This document shows, in pieces, positions 1-7,969 of a stretch of 64,000 nt of DNA. Each line of letters opens with the position of its first letter. Position 1 is the stretch's first letter. Under the pieces are notes generated by a model, which saw only the letters and a list, made by a program, of their open reading frames with translations, had not been told where the DNA came from and ran no database searches. This DNA comes from Nitrospirota bacterium (lineage in GTDB: Bacteria > Nitrospirota > UBA9217), in contig CAVWHO010000010.1 of the NCBI GenBank assembly GCA_963754875.1, positions 96,001 through 160,000 of the forward strand. Direction: 5' to 3'. Both the position numbers and the translations under genes were made by a program.

Positions 1-183
1 CTGCTCACGATCATGCTCGGCGCCGTGGCCGGCTCAGTCGTCGGCGTTCTGCTGATCCTTCTGAAACGGCACAAAATGGAGAAGGTCATACCGTTCGGCC
101 CGTTCCTGGCGCTCGGCGCCGTGGCGGCCGCGTTCTACGGTCCCGATATTGTATCGTGGTACCTCAGTCTGATCCGTATATGA
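1..183 (+). CDS. pilD: Prepilin peptidase, C-terminal part (runs off window start)
   Basis: Frame 1 reads LLTIMLGAVAGSVVGVLLILL...IPFGPFLALGA...; the IPFGPFL motif is typical of A24A prepilin peptidase C-termini. TGA at 181-183 overlaps the next ATG. Confidence 0.85.
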   Translation: MLTIMLGAVAGSVVGVLLILLKRHKMEKVIPFGPFLALGAVAAAFYGPDIVSWYLSLIRI

Positions 184-1439
184 CCAGCCCAACCTTGCTC
201 ATACTGGTACCCGCAACCCTGATACTCATATTCGCCGCCTATGCGCTCTGGAGTGTAACGCGCCATTTTCGGCGCAAACTCGGCATCAAGGCTGAGGAGC
301 GCGAGAAGACTACCGACACCACCTTCATCATCAATGCCTTTCAGGATGTTACTCGACAGCTCAAAGAAAAAGAAAAAGAACTTCATCGGCTCAAGGCATT
401 TGCCGAACAGCGTGCCGAGAACGTTGAAAGCTACAATGAAAACATTCTTCAGTGCGTTACGAGCGGAGTCATGTCCTTCGACGTTCAGTGCCGGCTGCTC
501 ACGATCAATCGCGCTGCCGAGGAGACGCTCTCCCTCGACCACGACCGGGTGATGGGCAAAACCTGCCAAGACCTCTTCGGCGACGGCGATATCACCGAAA
601 CAATCCGCGGCACGCTCGAACGAAAAATCCCCTCGGCCCGCATGGAGGCTATGCTCGACCGTGACGGCAACCGGCTCTGGCTCGGTTACAATACGGCTGT
701 GCTCACCGACAGGCATAATGCTGCGATCGGTGTGATCCTTTCTTTTACGGACCTCACCGAAGTTAAACGGCTGCAGGAACAGGTGGAACTCAGGGAGCGG
801 CTGACGGCGCTGGGCGAGATGTCCGCCGGCATCGCCCATGAACTGCGGAACCCCATGGCAGTCATCTCCGGCTATCTCAACCTTCTCGCTAAAAGGACCG
901 ACCCCGTCGGACAGGACGTGATCCGGAAAATCACCGATGAAATCAACGGAATGAACCGGATCATCAGTGATCTTTTGACGTTTGCGCGGCCCGCATCGTT
1001 GAACCGGGTGAGCGTCAGCAGCAAAGAACTGATCGAGAGCTGTCTTGCAGCAGTGATCAAGGCCAAGGATATCGGGCCCCGCATCAAAACTTCTCTGGAG
1101 CTTGCCGACGTCCGGATATCGTGCGATGAAGTGCTCATGCGCCAGGCATTGAGCAACCTGATCCAGAACGCAATCGAGTCAATGCAGGACGGAGGCACCC
1201 TTGCTGTCGAATGCAAAAGCGGTAAAGACCTGAAAATCGGCATTCATGATACGGGGACCGGCATCCCCGCCGATGGGCTGAAAAAAATATTCCTCCCTTT
1301 CTACACCACAAAGGACTCGGGTGTGGGCTTGGGGCTCGCTCTTGTGCACAAAATCATAACTTCTCACGGCGGGAGGATCGACGTGGAGAGTAAAGAAGGA
1401 CAGGGGACCACATTCACGGTGCTGCTTCCGCTGAGGTAG
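180..1439 (+). CDS. Membrane-anchored PAS sensor histidine kinase (NtrB/PilS-like)
   Basis: N-terminal TM, PAS region, H-box AHELRNP, N-box NLIQNA, DTGTGI, FYTTK and GVGLGL motifs. Confidence 0.93.
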   Translation: MTSPTLLILVPATLILIFAAYALWSVTRHFRRKLGIKAEEREKTTDTTFIINAFQDVTRQLKEKEKELHRLKAFAEQRAENVESYNENILQCVTSGVMSFDVQCRLLTINRAAEETLSLDHDRVMGKTCQDLFGDGDITETIRGTLERKIPSARMEAMLDRDGNRLWLGYNTAVLTDRHNAAIGVILSFTDLTEVKRLQEQVELRERLTALGEMSAGIAHELRNPMAVISGYLNLLAKRTDPVGQDVIRKITDEINGMNRIISDLLTFARPASLNRVSVSSKELIESCLAAVIKAKDIGPRIKTSLELADVRISCDEVLMRQALSNLIQNAIESMQDGGTLAVECKSGKDLKIGIHDTGTGIPADGLKKIFLPFYTTKDSGVGLGLALVHKIITSHGGRIDVESKEGQGTTFTVLLPLR

Positions 1440-1446
1440 CTTGACT

Positions 1447-2832
1447 ATGGCTGATACGATACTGGTCATCGAAGATAAGGACAGCATGCTCGACATGCTG
1501 AAGCAAACGCTTGAAGCCGAAGGCTATCAGGTGATCCCTGCCAGGGACGGCAGTGAAGGGATCAAGAAGCTTTCCGATGAGCGAATCGGCCTTGTACTTA
1601 CGGACCTCAAACTTCCCAAAAAGGACGGGTTCGACGTTTTGAGGGCCGTGAAGCGGGAAACCCCCCTTCTTCCGGTCATCGTCATGACTGCTTTCGGCAC
1701 GATCGAAACGGCAGTGCGGGCGGTCAAGGATGGTGCATATGATTTTTTGACCAAACCCTTCGATACCGACCACTTGCTCGTTCTCATCAAGCGGGCGCTC
1801 GACACGACCCGCCTCGCGGCAGAGAACATCCTGCTCAAAGAAGAGTTCGCAGAAAAGCTGGGCATGCCGAAGATCATCGGCAAGAGCATCCAGATGCAGG
1901 AGATAACGTTCAATATCCAGAAAGCGGCACCGACCAACGCGACGGTCCTGATCCACGGCGAAAGCGGCACGGGCAAGGAGCTTTTCGCGCGTGCGATCCA
2001 TTACCTGAGCAATCGCAAGGAAGCGCCGTTCATCGCCATCAATTCCGCGGCTATCCCGCGGGAACTGCTTGAAAGCGAATTGTTCGGCTACGAACGGGGA
2101 GCATTCACGGGGGCCGACGCCCGGAAGCTCGGAAAGCTCGAACTCGCGGACAAGGGGACGGTTTTCCTCGACGAGATCGGCGACATGGACCTGGCACTCC
2201 AGGCCAAGCTGCTTCGCGTGCTGCAGGAACACGTGATCGAGCGCGTAGGAGGAGGAAAACCGATCAGGATCGATGTCCGGGTCGTTGCGGCGACGAACAA
2301 GGACCTCGTTAAAGCAGTGGCGGCAAAGGAGTTCCGCGAAGACCTGTTTTATCGTTTGAATGTGTTCCCGATTACGATCCCTCCGCTGCGGGACCGCAGG
2401 GACGATATCCCTGCGCTGGCAAATAATTTTTTGAACAAGTATTCCGCTGAAGTGCGAAAGGGCCCGCTCACGATCTCCGATGATGCCATGGACATACTGA
2501 TGAAGTCCCCCTGGAAAGGCAATGTGCGGGAGCTGGAGAATGTCATCGAACGGGCCGTGATCTATGCAGACGGCGGCATCATCCGCTCCCAGGACCTCGG
2601 CATCAGTGAAACGAACATTATCGACGCTCTCGCAGAAAACGTACCCATGGACGGCCCGCTCCAGGAGGTCGCCGCGGCCGCAACGCGCATTGCCGAGTCG
2701 CGCAGGATCAGGCAGGTGCTCAAACAGACCGGCGGGAATAAGACCCGGGCCGCGGAGATTCTCCAGGTGAGCTACAAAACGCTGCTTACCAAGATCAAGG
2801 ATTACCAGCTGGAAGGGAAGGCGGAGAGCTGA
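1447..2832 (+). CDS. Sigma54-dependent response regulator (REC-AAA+-Fis HTH; PilR/AtoC-like)
   Basis: Receiver domain, Walker A GESGTGKE, GAFTGA, FLDEIG, C-terminal NKTRAAEILQVS HTH. Confidence 0.95.
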   Translation: MADTILVIEDKDSMLDMLKQTLEAEGYQVIPARDGSEGIKKLSDERIGLVLTDLKLPKKDGFDVLRAVKRETPLLPVIVMTAFGTIETAVRAVKDGAYDFLTKPFDTDHLLVLIKRALDTTRLAAENILLKEEFAEKLGMPKIIGKSIQMQEITFNIQKAAPTNATVLIHGESGTGKELFARAIHYLSNRKEAPFIAINSAAIPRELLESELFGYERGAFTGADARKLGKLELADKGTVFLDEIGDMDLALQAKLLRVLQEHVIERVGGGKPIRIDVRVVAATNKDLVKAVAAKEFREDLFYRLNVFPITIPPLRDRRDDIPALANNFLNKYSAEVRKGPLTISDDAMDILMKSPWKGNVRELENVIERAVIYADGGIIRSQDLGISETNIIDALAENVPMDGPLQEVAAAATRIAESRRIRQVLKQTGGNKTRAAEILQVSYKTLLTKIKDYQLEGKAES

Positions 2833-2936
2833 CAATACGACGTACTTTCTCTTTACAATTCAACGCATTTATTGTACCTTCAGACATATTTTGTACTCCA
2901 ATCCTTACCGCTGCCTGGAGGACATCCCTCGACGCC

Positions 2937-3287
2937 ATGTCCACGAATTTCAACGATATCAAGCAAAAGATCATCTCCTTCCGGAACGAGCGCGACTGGG
3001 CGCAATTCCACGATCCCAAGAACCTTGCTGAAGCCCTTTCCATCGAAGCGGGGGAGCTGCTGGAAAACTTTCTCTGGAAGACGACCGAGCAGTCCCGCAA
3101 TCTCACAGCAGAAGAACTAAAGAACGTAAAAGAGGAACTGGCAGACATTTTTATTTTTCTTACATATCTTAGTGAGGAGTACAAAATCGATTTGCTGAAG
3201 GAAGTGGAAAGTAAAATCGCGGTGAATGAAGTGAAGTATCCTGTGGAGAAGGCAAGAGGATCGAACAAAAAGTATATGCAGCTGTAA
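2937..3287 (+). CDS. MazG-like nucleotide pyrophosphohydrolase (dCTPase-like)
   Basis: RDWAQFHDPKNLAEALSIEAGELLE...EELAD...KYPVEK signature. Confidence 0.9.
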   Translation: MSTNFNDIKQKIISFRNERDWAQFHDPKNLAEALSIEAGELLENFLWKTTEQSRNLTAEELKNVKEELADIFIFLTYLSEEYKIDLLKEVESKIAVNEVKYPVEKARGSNKKYMQL

Positions 3288-3308
3288 ACGGACAAAGGAG
3301 CGCTTTTT

Positions 3309-3730
3309 GTGAAGCAGGTCGTCATTGAAAATCCAGTCATCAACTCGCCTTATGACGAGCCGAAGCGCCACTTCAAGTTTACTGAAGAGGGCATCACCGA
3401 CGAGATTATTGAAGGCATACGCAGGCCGAGTTCCTATTTCGCCCTTTATCCTCTCCCCTGGTGGGAGAAGATAAAGGTGAGGGGGAAATTGCTTCTCATG
3501 CGGGGGATAGTTTGCTAAATCTTATCGTCGAAGTCACCGGCGAGCACAAGAAAGACAAAGCCGCGAAGGTCTCGACCGCGAACACTCTCTGGATTCCCGC
3601 AATCAATAACCACGAAGGATTCGGCAGGTGGTCGTTCATTGAGATCACCGACCCGTGGAACGCGAAGAATGAGATACGGGGACGCTTGCAGGATAAAGCA
3701 AGGCAGGACAAAAAAGAAAACCCCACTTAA
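3309..3730 (+). pseudogene. Type III restriction endonuclease (Res, BPTD_3080-like) relic: only N- and C-termini remain
   Basis: VIENPVINSPYDEPKRHF (family N-terminus) and, in another frame, LNLIVEVTG...LWIPAINNHEGFGRWSFIEI (family C-terminus); the helicase core is absent. Confidence 0.75.
3443..3485. repeat. Palindromic REP-like element (TCTCCC...GGGAGA...GGTGAGGGGG type)
   Basis: cctttatc-c-tctccc/ctggt/gggaga-a-gataaagg, then tgaggggg; lies at the junction of the two res fragments. Confidence 0.65.
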
Positions 3731-3775
3731 TCTACATGAGCATCCGACACACCGCGTCGGACTTCGATTAAGCAG

Positions 3776-3845
3776 GGTTTAAATGCGACCGCCCCGACTA
3801 CTCTTGCGAGAGAGCCCCGTGGGCACTTATCATCGGCGCGGAACC
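3776..3845. ncRNA. Candidate structured RNA (multi-stem junction)
   Basis: Outer stem ccgc-c-ccga (3789-3797) / tcgg-c-gcgg (3833-3841) encloses hairpins ctct-tgcg-agag and gccc-cgt-gggc. Confidence 0.4.
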
Positions 3846-3904
3846 TTTAATGAGGACACAAATTAATAGATCAACGCAGAGCCTTGACCCAACTCCTTAT
3901 GCAC

Positions 3905-3921
3905 TTGGCATATGAGATGCT
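3905..3921 (+). promoter_or_regulatory. Possible sigma54 -24/-12 site
   Basis: TTGGCATATGAGATGCT, GG-N10-GC spacing. Confidence 0.3.
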
Positions 3922-4094
3922 TTGATTATAAACGATATGGATAACTTGTCAATAACTAAGAGAGCCAGAGTTTCGTCTTATTTTCTACTCGTAATACGCT
4001 GAAAATTTTAGAAAATCATTTATATTTCCAATTATGAGCCTTATGGTGTACATAATTGGGAAACGGTCAGCACTGACATTGACATTTAAAGGAC

Positions 4095-4123
4095 TTGACA
4101 AAATATGATAAATTTCATAATAT
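4095..4123 (+). promoter_or_regulatory. Sigma70-type promoter upstream of the NYN leader
   Basis: TTGACA-17 nt-TAATAT in an AT-rich context. Confidence 0.65.
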
Positions 4124-4191
4124 TAGATCAGGAACAGAGCACATACATAAATAAGCCACTCTTCGCGGGAATCTTTGACGAATTATCTACC

Positions 4192-4235
4192 CCCCGTTCG
4201 ATCAGCCGAAAGGCCTCGGGCGGGGTTATTTTTTT
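4192..4235 (+). terminator. GNRA-capped hairpin plus U-tract immediately before the NYN gene
   Basis: cccc-gttcga-tca-gcc-GAAA-ggc-c-tcgggc-gggg then ttattttttt; RBS ggagg at 4240. Confidence 0.6.
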
Positions 4236-4249
4236 GTCCGGAGGTTCGT

Positions 4250-4852
4250 ATGCCCGCTGAACCGGGAGTGAAGCGTACCGTCGTCTTCATAGACGGACAG
4301 AATCTGTTTTATGCTGTCAAGCATGCCTTCGGATATATCTATCCGAATTTTGACGCCATTTGCCTTGCTAAAAGTATCTGCGAAAAACAAGGATGGCAGC
4401 TCACCCAGACCCGTTTCTATACGGGAATTCCCAGCTCTGAAGATAAACCTTTCTGGAATAGCTTCTGGGCCGCGAAGCTTGCCGTAATGGGCAGCAGACC
4501 GGCCGTTCACGTCTTTACCCGGCCACTCCGATATCGAAATCAAACGATCTTACTCCCGGACGGGCAAACGGACGAATTCTATCTTGAGAAAGTGAAGAAA
4601 ATATATAAGAAAGAACTGGCAGCAGCAGATGTGAAAGACATCAAGCTTCAAGGAAAAGATCAATTATGTAAACGTATAGAAAGATTCTTTGAATCGCAAG
4701 GTCTTGTTTTTAATAAGGGCTCCGTAGCAAAAGAAATCCGTTCTACTTTGAGTAGAATGAAAAGCCTAGATGATCTACCTAAAGAGACTCAGGAACGCGC
4801 TAAAAAATTAATCAAGGCTGTCACGGACGCATATCCCAAAGGTGATGATTAA
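4250..4852 (+). pseudogene. Chimeric ORF: NYN/LabA-DUF88 (PIN-like) nuclease N-terminal half fused to an unrelated C-terminal fragment
   Basis: VFIDGQNLFY...RFYTG...RPLRY NYN motifs to ~4570; the expected EKxVD and SxDxD motifs are absent and the sequence turns A-rich after 4570. Confidence 0.7.
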
Positions 4853-4853
4853 T

Positions 4854-5135
4854 ATGCTGCCGAAAAAGAAATCGAATAGCACCCCCCCCATCGACACCGT
4901 CAAGCACAAAGACAAGCGGGTGAACATCCCGACCGAGGAGTTGCGGGACTTTGTGAAAGAGGATGAGGCGAAGCCGAAGACGATCCTCTATCCCCGCGAT
5001 CCGTCGCTGGACCTGCAGCTTGTGTGGAAAGGGAAAGACGAGCAGGATGCGAAGGACCTCGCGGTCCCGGCGGTGCCGGTCTATATTCAGGAAAAGATCC
5101 ATCCCCAGGCAGTAATCGACAAAATGGAGGAGTAA
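4854..5135 (+). pseudogene. Type III R-M methyltransferase (Mod-like) N-terminal fragment
   Basis: KHKDKRVNIPTEE...YPRDPSLDLQLVWKGKDEQD...VYIQEKIHPQAVI; stops before any DPPY or FxGxG motif. Confidence 0.72.
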
Positions 5136-5143
5136 CGCCTATC

Positions 5144-5476
5144 ATGATAAATCGCTCACTTTTGATTGTCAGGGCGAAAGAACCCTTTGTGAAATGGATC
5201 AATTCTCTCCCCGATCCTGCCAAGCTCTCCCGACAACAGGTCGATCGTGACAATACGGCCTACCTTTTGCCGGAGTACGCCCATGACGGCGAACAAGATA
5301 AAATTCTCGTCCAATTCCACGATCAGATTTTTCAGGAACAGTTAAGCGGATGGTGGACGGACGAGAGCGCCTGGCCGTCCAAGCGGGACCTTGTTACTTT
5401 CAAGAAGTGGTTCGATGTGGAATTTCATTCTGCGGTTCTCGATCTCGTTGCTGGGCCGCTCGAAGACGATGAATAA
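5144..5476 (+). CDS. Conserved hypothetical protein (Trp-rich, INRS...PFxxW...WP...FxxWF type)
   Basis: RBS ggagg near 5127, intact ORF, recognisable but unnamed motif pattern. Confidence 0.7.
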   Translation: MINRSLLIVRAKEPFVKWINSLPDPAKLSRQQVDRDNTAYLLPEYAHDGEQDKILVQFHDQIFQEQLSGWWTDESAWPSKRDLVTFKKWFDVEFHSAVLDLVAGPLEDDE

Positions 5477-5540
5477 CTGGCCGTGAAGAGGCGGCAAGGA
5501 CCTGAGAACGGTTCGAAGCGTTTTTTTTAAGGGGAAAAAG

Positions 5541-6599
5541 ATGGTTATTGAGCCGACGATCTCTAATCGGTTTATAAACGAGTATAAGCGGTTTCTGCTC
5601 GCGATTTATCAACCGGAAACCGCGGGCGCTGAGCCGGAAACAATTATAGAGAAGCTGCATGTGGCCAGAAAAAGGTTCATTGCGAATCGCGGTCTGTTGG
5701 ATGAATACCTGAAGACGCTGGAAGAGGGCGTCGAGCCGATTGACCGGGAAATCATGCTCGCGCTGAGAAGCATCGAATATTCTCGCTGGGTGTATGTGCG
5801 CGATCTGAAAAACTATTCGATTTTTCTCAAGGACGGAGGCGGGTGCGGTTACGGCGTGCTCGGCCTGAGGGATGAACTCAATGTTCTCACCGGAGGGCCG
5901 GGGGTTGTTCTGGAGGCGGGCGTATTTGCCTTTGATGATCACTATGTCTGCGACGGGCTGATCGCAAACATGGTTCACCTCGGGCCTAATATGAGAAAGA
6001 GCTGCAACGAGCTGTATAAAGAACTGCGCGAAGCAGGAAGGTTTCAGATAAATCCGTTGCTGCCGCAGACGCCGCCGGATGAACGGCATCAATCGCAGCC
6101 GTCGGTTAGAAGGCGAGGCGTCCTGGCGAGGCCGGACGGGGACCGCAAAACGGGGAATGGTCCCGATACAAGGAAGCAGGCGCGAATCGACGAAGTCGCG
6201 GTCCTTCTTGAGACTTTTTCCCAAACCCACCTTTCACCGGAGCTGGCCGGCTATGTGCGAAAGCTCTGGGAGCAGCTCGGTCGAAAGCGGAACTACGTGA
6301 TCACGGGCGGCGCGAAGGAAGTGTGGGCCGCGGCGGTGGTGTATGTGATCGCCCGGCTGAACTTTCTCTTCGACTCCAAGGACCCAAACTACTTGACTGC
6401 GGACGCTCTAAGCGCTTTCTTCGGGACGAAAAAGACAACCGTGTCCGCGCGCGCCGCTGGTATCGAGAAAGCCTGCCGCATACGCATGGGGCAGGAAGGG
6501 TTGTGCAGTCCGGACCTCGCCGATTCGTTCACGTTCGTCAAACTTTCGAACGGCATGGTAATTCCGAAAAAGATGGCTCGCGAAGCGGGTTTGATTTGA
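5541..6599 (+). CDS. Two-domain hypothetical protein, C-terminal DUF6398-like domain
   Basis: 352 aa ORF; WAAAVVYVIARLNFLFD motif. Confidence 0.7.
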   Translation: MVIEPTISNRFINEYKRFLLAIYQPETAGAEPETIIEKLHVARKRFIANRGLLDEYLKTLEEGVEPIDREIMLALRSIEYSRWVYVRDLKNYSIFLKDGGGCGYGVLGLRDELNVLTGGPGVVLEAGVFAFDDHYVCDGLIANMVHLGPNMRKSCNELYKELREAGRFQINPLLPQTPPDERHQSQPSVRRRGVLARPDGDRKTGNGPDTRKQARIDEVAVLLETFSQTHLSPELAGYVRKLWEQLGRKRNYVITGGAKEVWAAAVVYVIARLNFLFDSKDPNYLTADALSAFFGTKKTTVSARAAGIEKACRIRMGQEGLCSPDLADSFTFVKLSNGMVIPKKMAREAGLI

Positions 6600-6621
6600 C
6601 TGAAAAGGACAGCCGTGCGCG

Positions 6622-6996
6622 ATGAGTGTAAATCGAGACGACCTGATCGTACAAATGAAGGAAGCCTCCGCGATATTGCTGGAGGAGAAGGACCATGTCA
6701 GCTTCGTAGATGTCCTCATACGCATGGGGAAACTGGCGAAGGCCGATTACGACGCCTGGCGCTTCGGCCGTGTGCGCAGCCTGGAGGAGCGTATTGCCCT
6801 CAACCTGTCGAAGATCGGTCATACGCTTCGGGAATTCCAACGATACGCGCGGACCCGAGATTTGCGCCCGAGCAAAACAGTCTACCAGTCCTGGGGCAAG
6901 GGGCCGAAAACGCAGCTCCGCTTTTCGAAGCACGGAGATCCGAACATTGAAGCGGCCTATGCCACGCACTTCCTGAAGCCGAAGGAGAGTGAGTGA
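6622..6996 (+). CDS. Basic hypothetical protein
   Basis: 124 aa ORF, LRFSKxGDPNIExAYATHF ending, coupled to next gene. Confidence 0.7.
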   Translation: MSVNRDDLIVQMKEASAILLEEKDHVSFVDVLIRMGKLAKADYDAWRFGRVRSLEERIALNLSKIGHTLREFQRYARTRDLRPSKTVYQSWGKGPKTQLRFSKHGDPNIEAAYATHFLKPKESE

Positions 6997-7397
6997 TGGG
7001 TTTGGCGAAGAGAAACGGGCGGGCGAGAAGGGGAAAGGTGAAGGAGCCGGTCCGCGAAACGCGCATTAACGATGAGATCGTCGTAGACGCCTATGATGCC
7101 TGGGAGCAGGCCATGGGCTGGTATTATTATATGGAGGACACCATCGAGTTCCCCTTCACTGCAATGTGTGTAAAAAAGAGGGCGATCTCGCCGCTGAAGC
7201 TTAAGGAAAAAGTGGATGTCGTCGGCCTGCCTCCGATCGAGATATGTGAACACGAGATGTTCGTCGAAGTAATCTGGAACGGCCGGAAGTTTTCGGTTCC
7301 GCTTGATCAATTGGAGTACGCCGGCCGAGACAATGAGGCTCGTCGGGCCATCGAGGACTGGCATTACTGGGTCAGACAGGGATATCGATTCGGCTGA
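6996..7397 (+). CDS. CcbP-like (calcium-binding protein family) protein
   Basis: EIVVDAYDxxEQAMGWYYY...FPFTA...VPLDQL...AIEDWHYW. Confidence 0.75.
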   Translation: MGLAKRNGRARRGKVKEPVRETRINDEIVVDAYDAWEQAMGWYYYMEDTIEFPFTAMCVKKRAISPLKLKEKVDVVGLPPIEICEHEMFVEVIWNGRKFSVPLDQLEYAGRDNEARRAIEDWHYWVRQGYRFG

Positions 7398-7399
7398 TC

Positions 7400-7822
7400 A
7401 TGAGAGATTACAAGGCAACGGAAAAACGGATCGCGGCGGTTTTCGGGACGGACAACGCGCCTGAAGTCGGCAAAGAAACATTACAGTTTTACCGCGTTTA
7501 TTTGCTTCAGCATGTTGCCGAAGAGACGGTCCTGACCGGGCGTGATGATTTTTTCTGGGAGGAGTTTTACGTATTCGGACCCGGAGACAAGAAAGAATAC
7601 GAGGAACTGAAGAAGACGCGCGCGTCGTATACGGACGACTTTGAATTTATCGATATTTTGAAAAAGACGATTGATGATCATGACCTCATCGCCAGGGTCA
7701 AGCGGCTGTCGGACGGAAAGAAATTTAAAATCGGGCTTTCGTGGCTGACAACGAAGAAGAAAAAGACGGACGCCTACCAGGTACTCGATGATTTTGCCAC
7801 GTGGGTGGTAAATTGCCAATGA
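7400..7822 (+). CDS. Second CcbP-like hypothetical protein
   Basis: EDF-like DDFFWEEFYVFGPG...YEELKK...VKRLSDGKKF...LDDFATWVVN. Confidence 0.6.
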   Translation: MRDYKATEKRIAAVFGTDNAPEVGKETLQFYRVYLLQHVAEETVLTGRDDFFWEEFYVFGPGDKKEYEELKKTRASYTDDFEFIDILKKTIDDHDLIARVKRLSDGKKFKIGLSWLTTKKKKTDAYQVLDDFATWVVNCQ

Positions 7823-7831
7823 GGAACATTC

Positions 7832-7948
7832 ATGACCGATAAAGAAGGCCCCGGACGAAAGCAACTCAAAGTCGACCTGAACGAATTGGCCTCCGAGATG
7901 GACCAGAGCGACCAGTTCGAGCTGACCGCCTATTTCGATCTGCCTTGA
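7832..7948 (+). pseudogene. UPF0158-like N-terminal fragment (38 aa)
   Basis: RBS gagga, MTDKEGPGRKQLKVDLNELASEMDQSDQFELTAYFDLP*. Confidence 0.45.
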
Positions 7949-7969
7949 TCGTTGTTTTATCAGATAACT

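Noticed and set aside
1414..2835. Long antisense ORFs (also 8520-10094, 7481-8572, 5400-6230)
   Set aside because: Shadow frames of well-supported genes, with no recognisable motifs
4045..4072. ggtgtacataa resembling the XerC arm of a dif site
   Set aside because: No XerD arm (ttatgttaaat) after the 6-nt spacer
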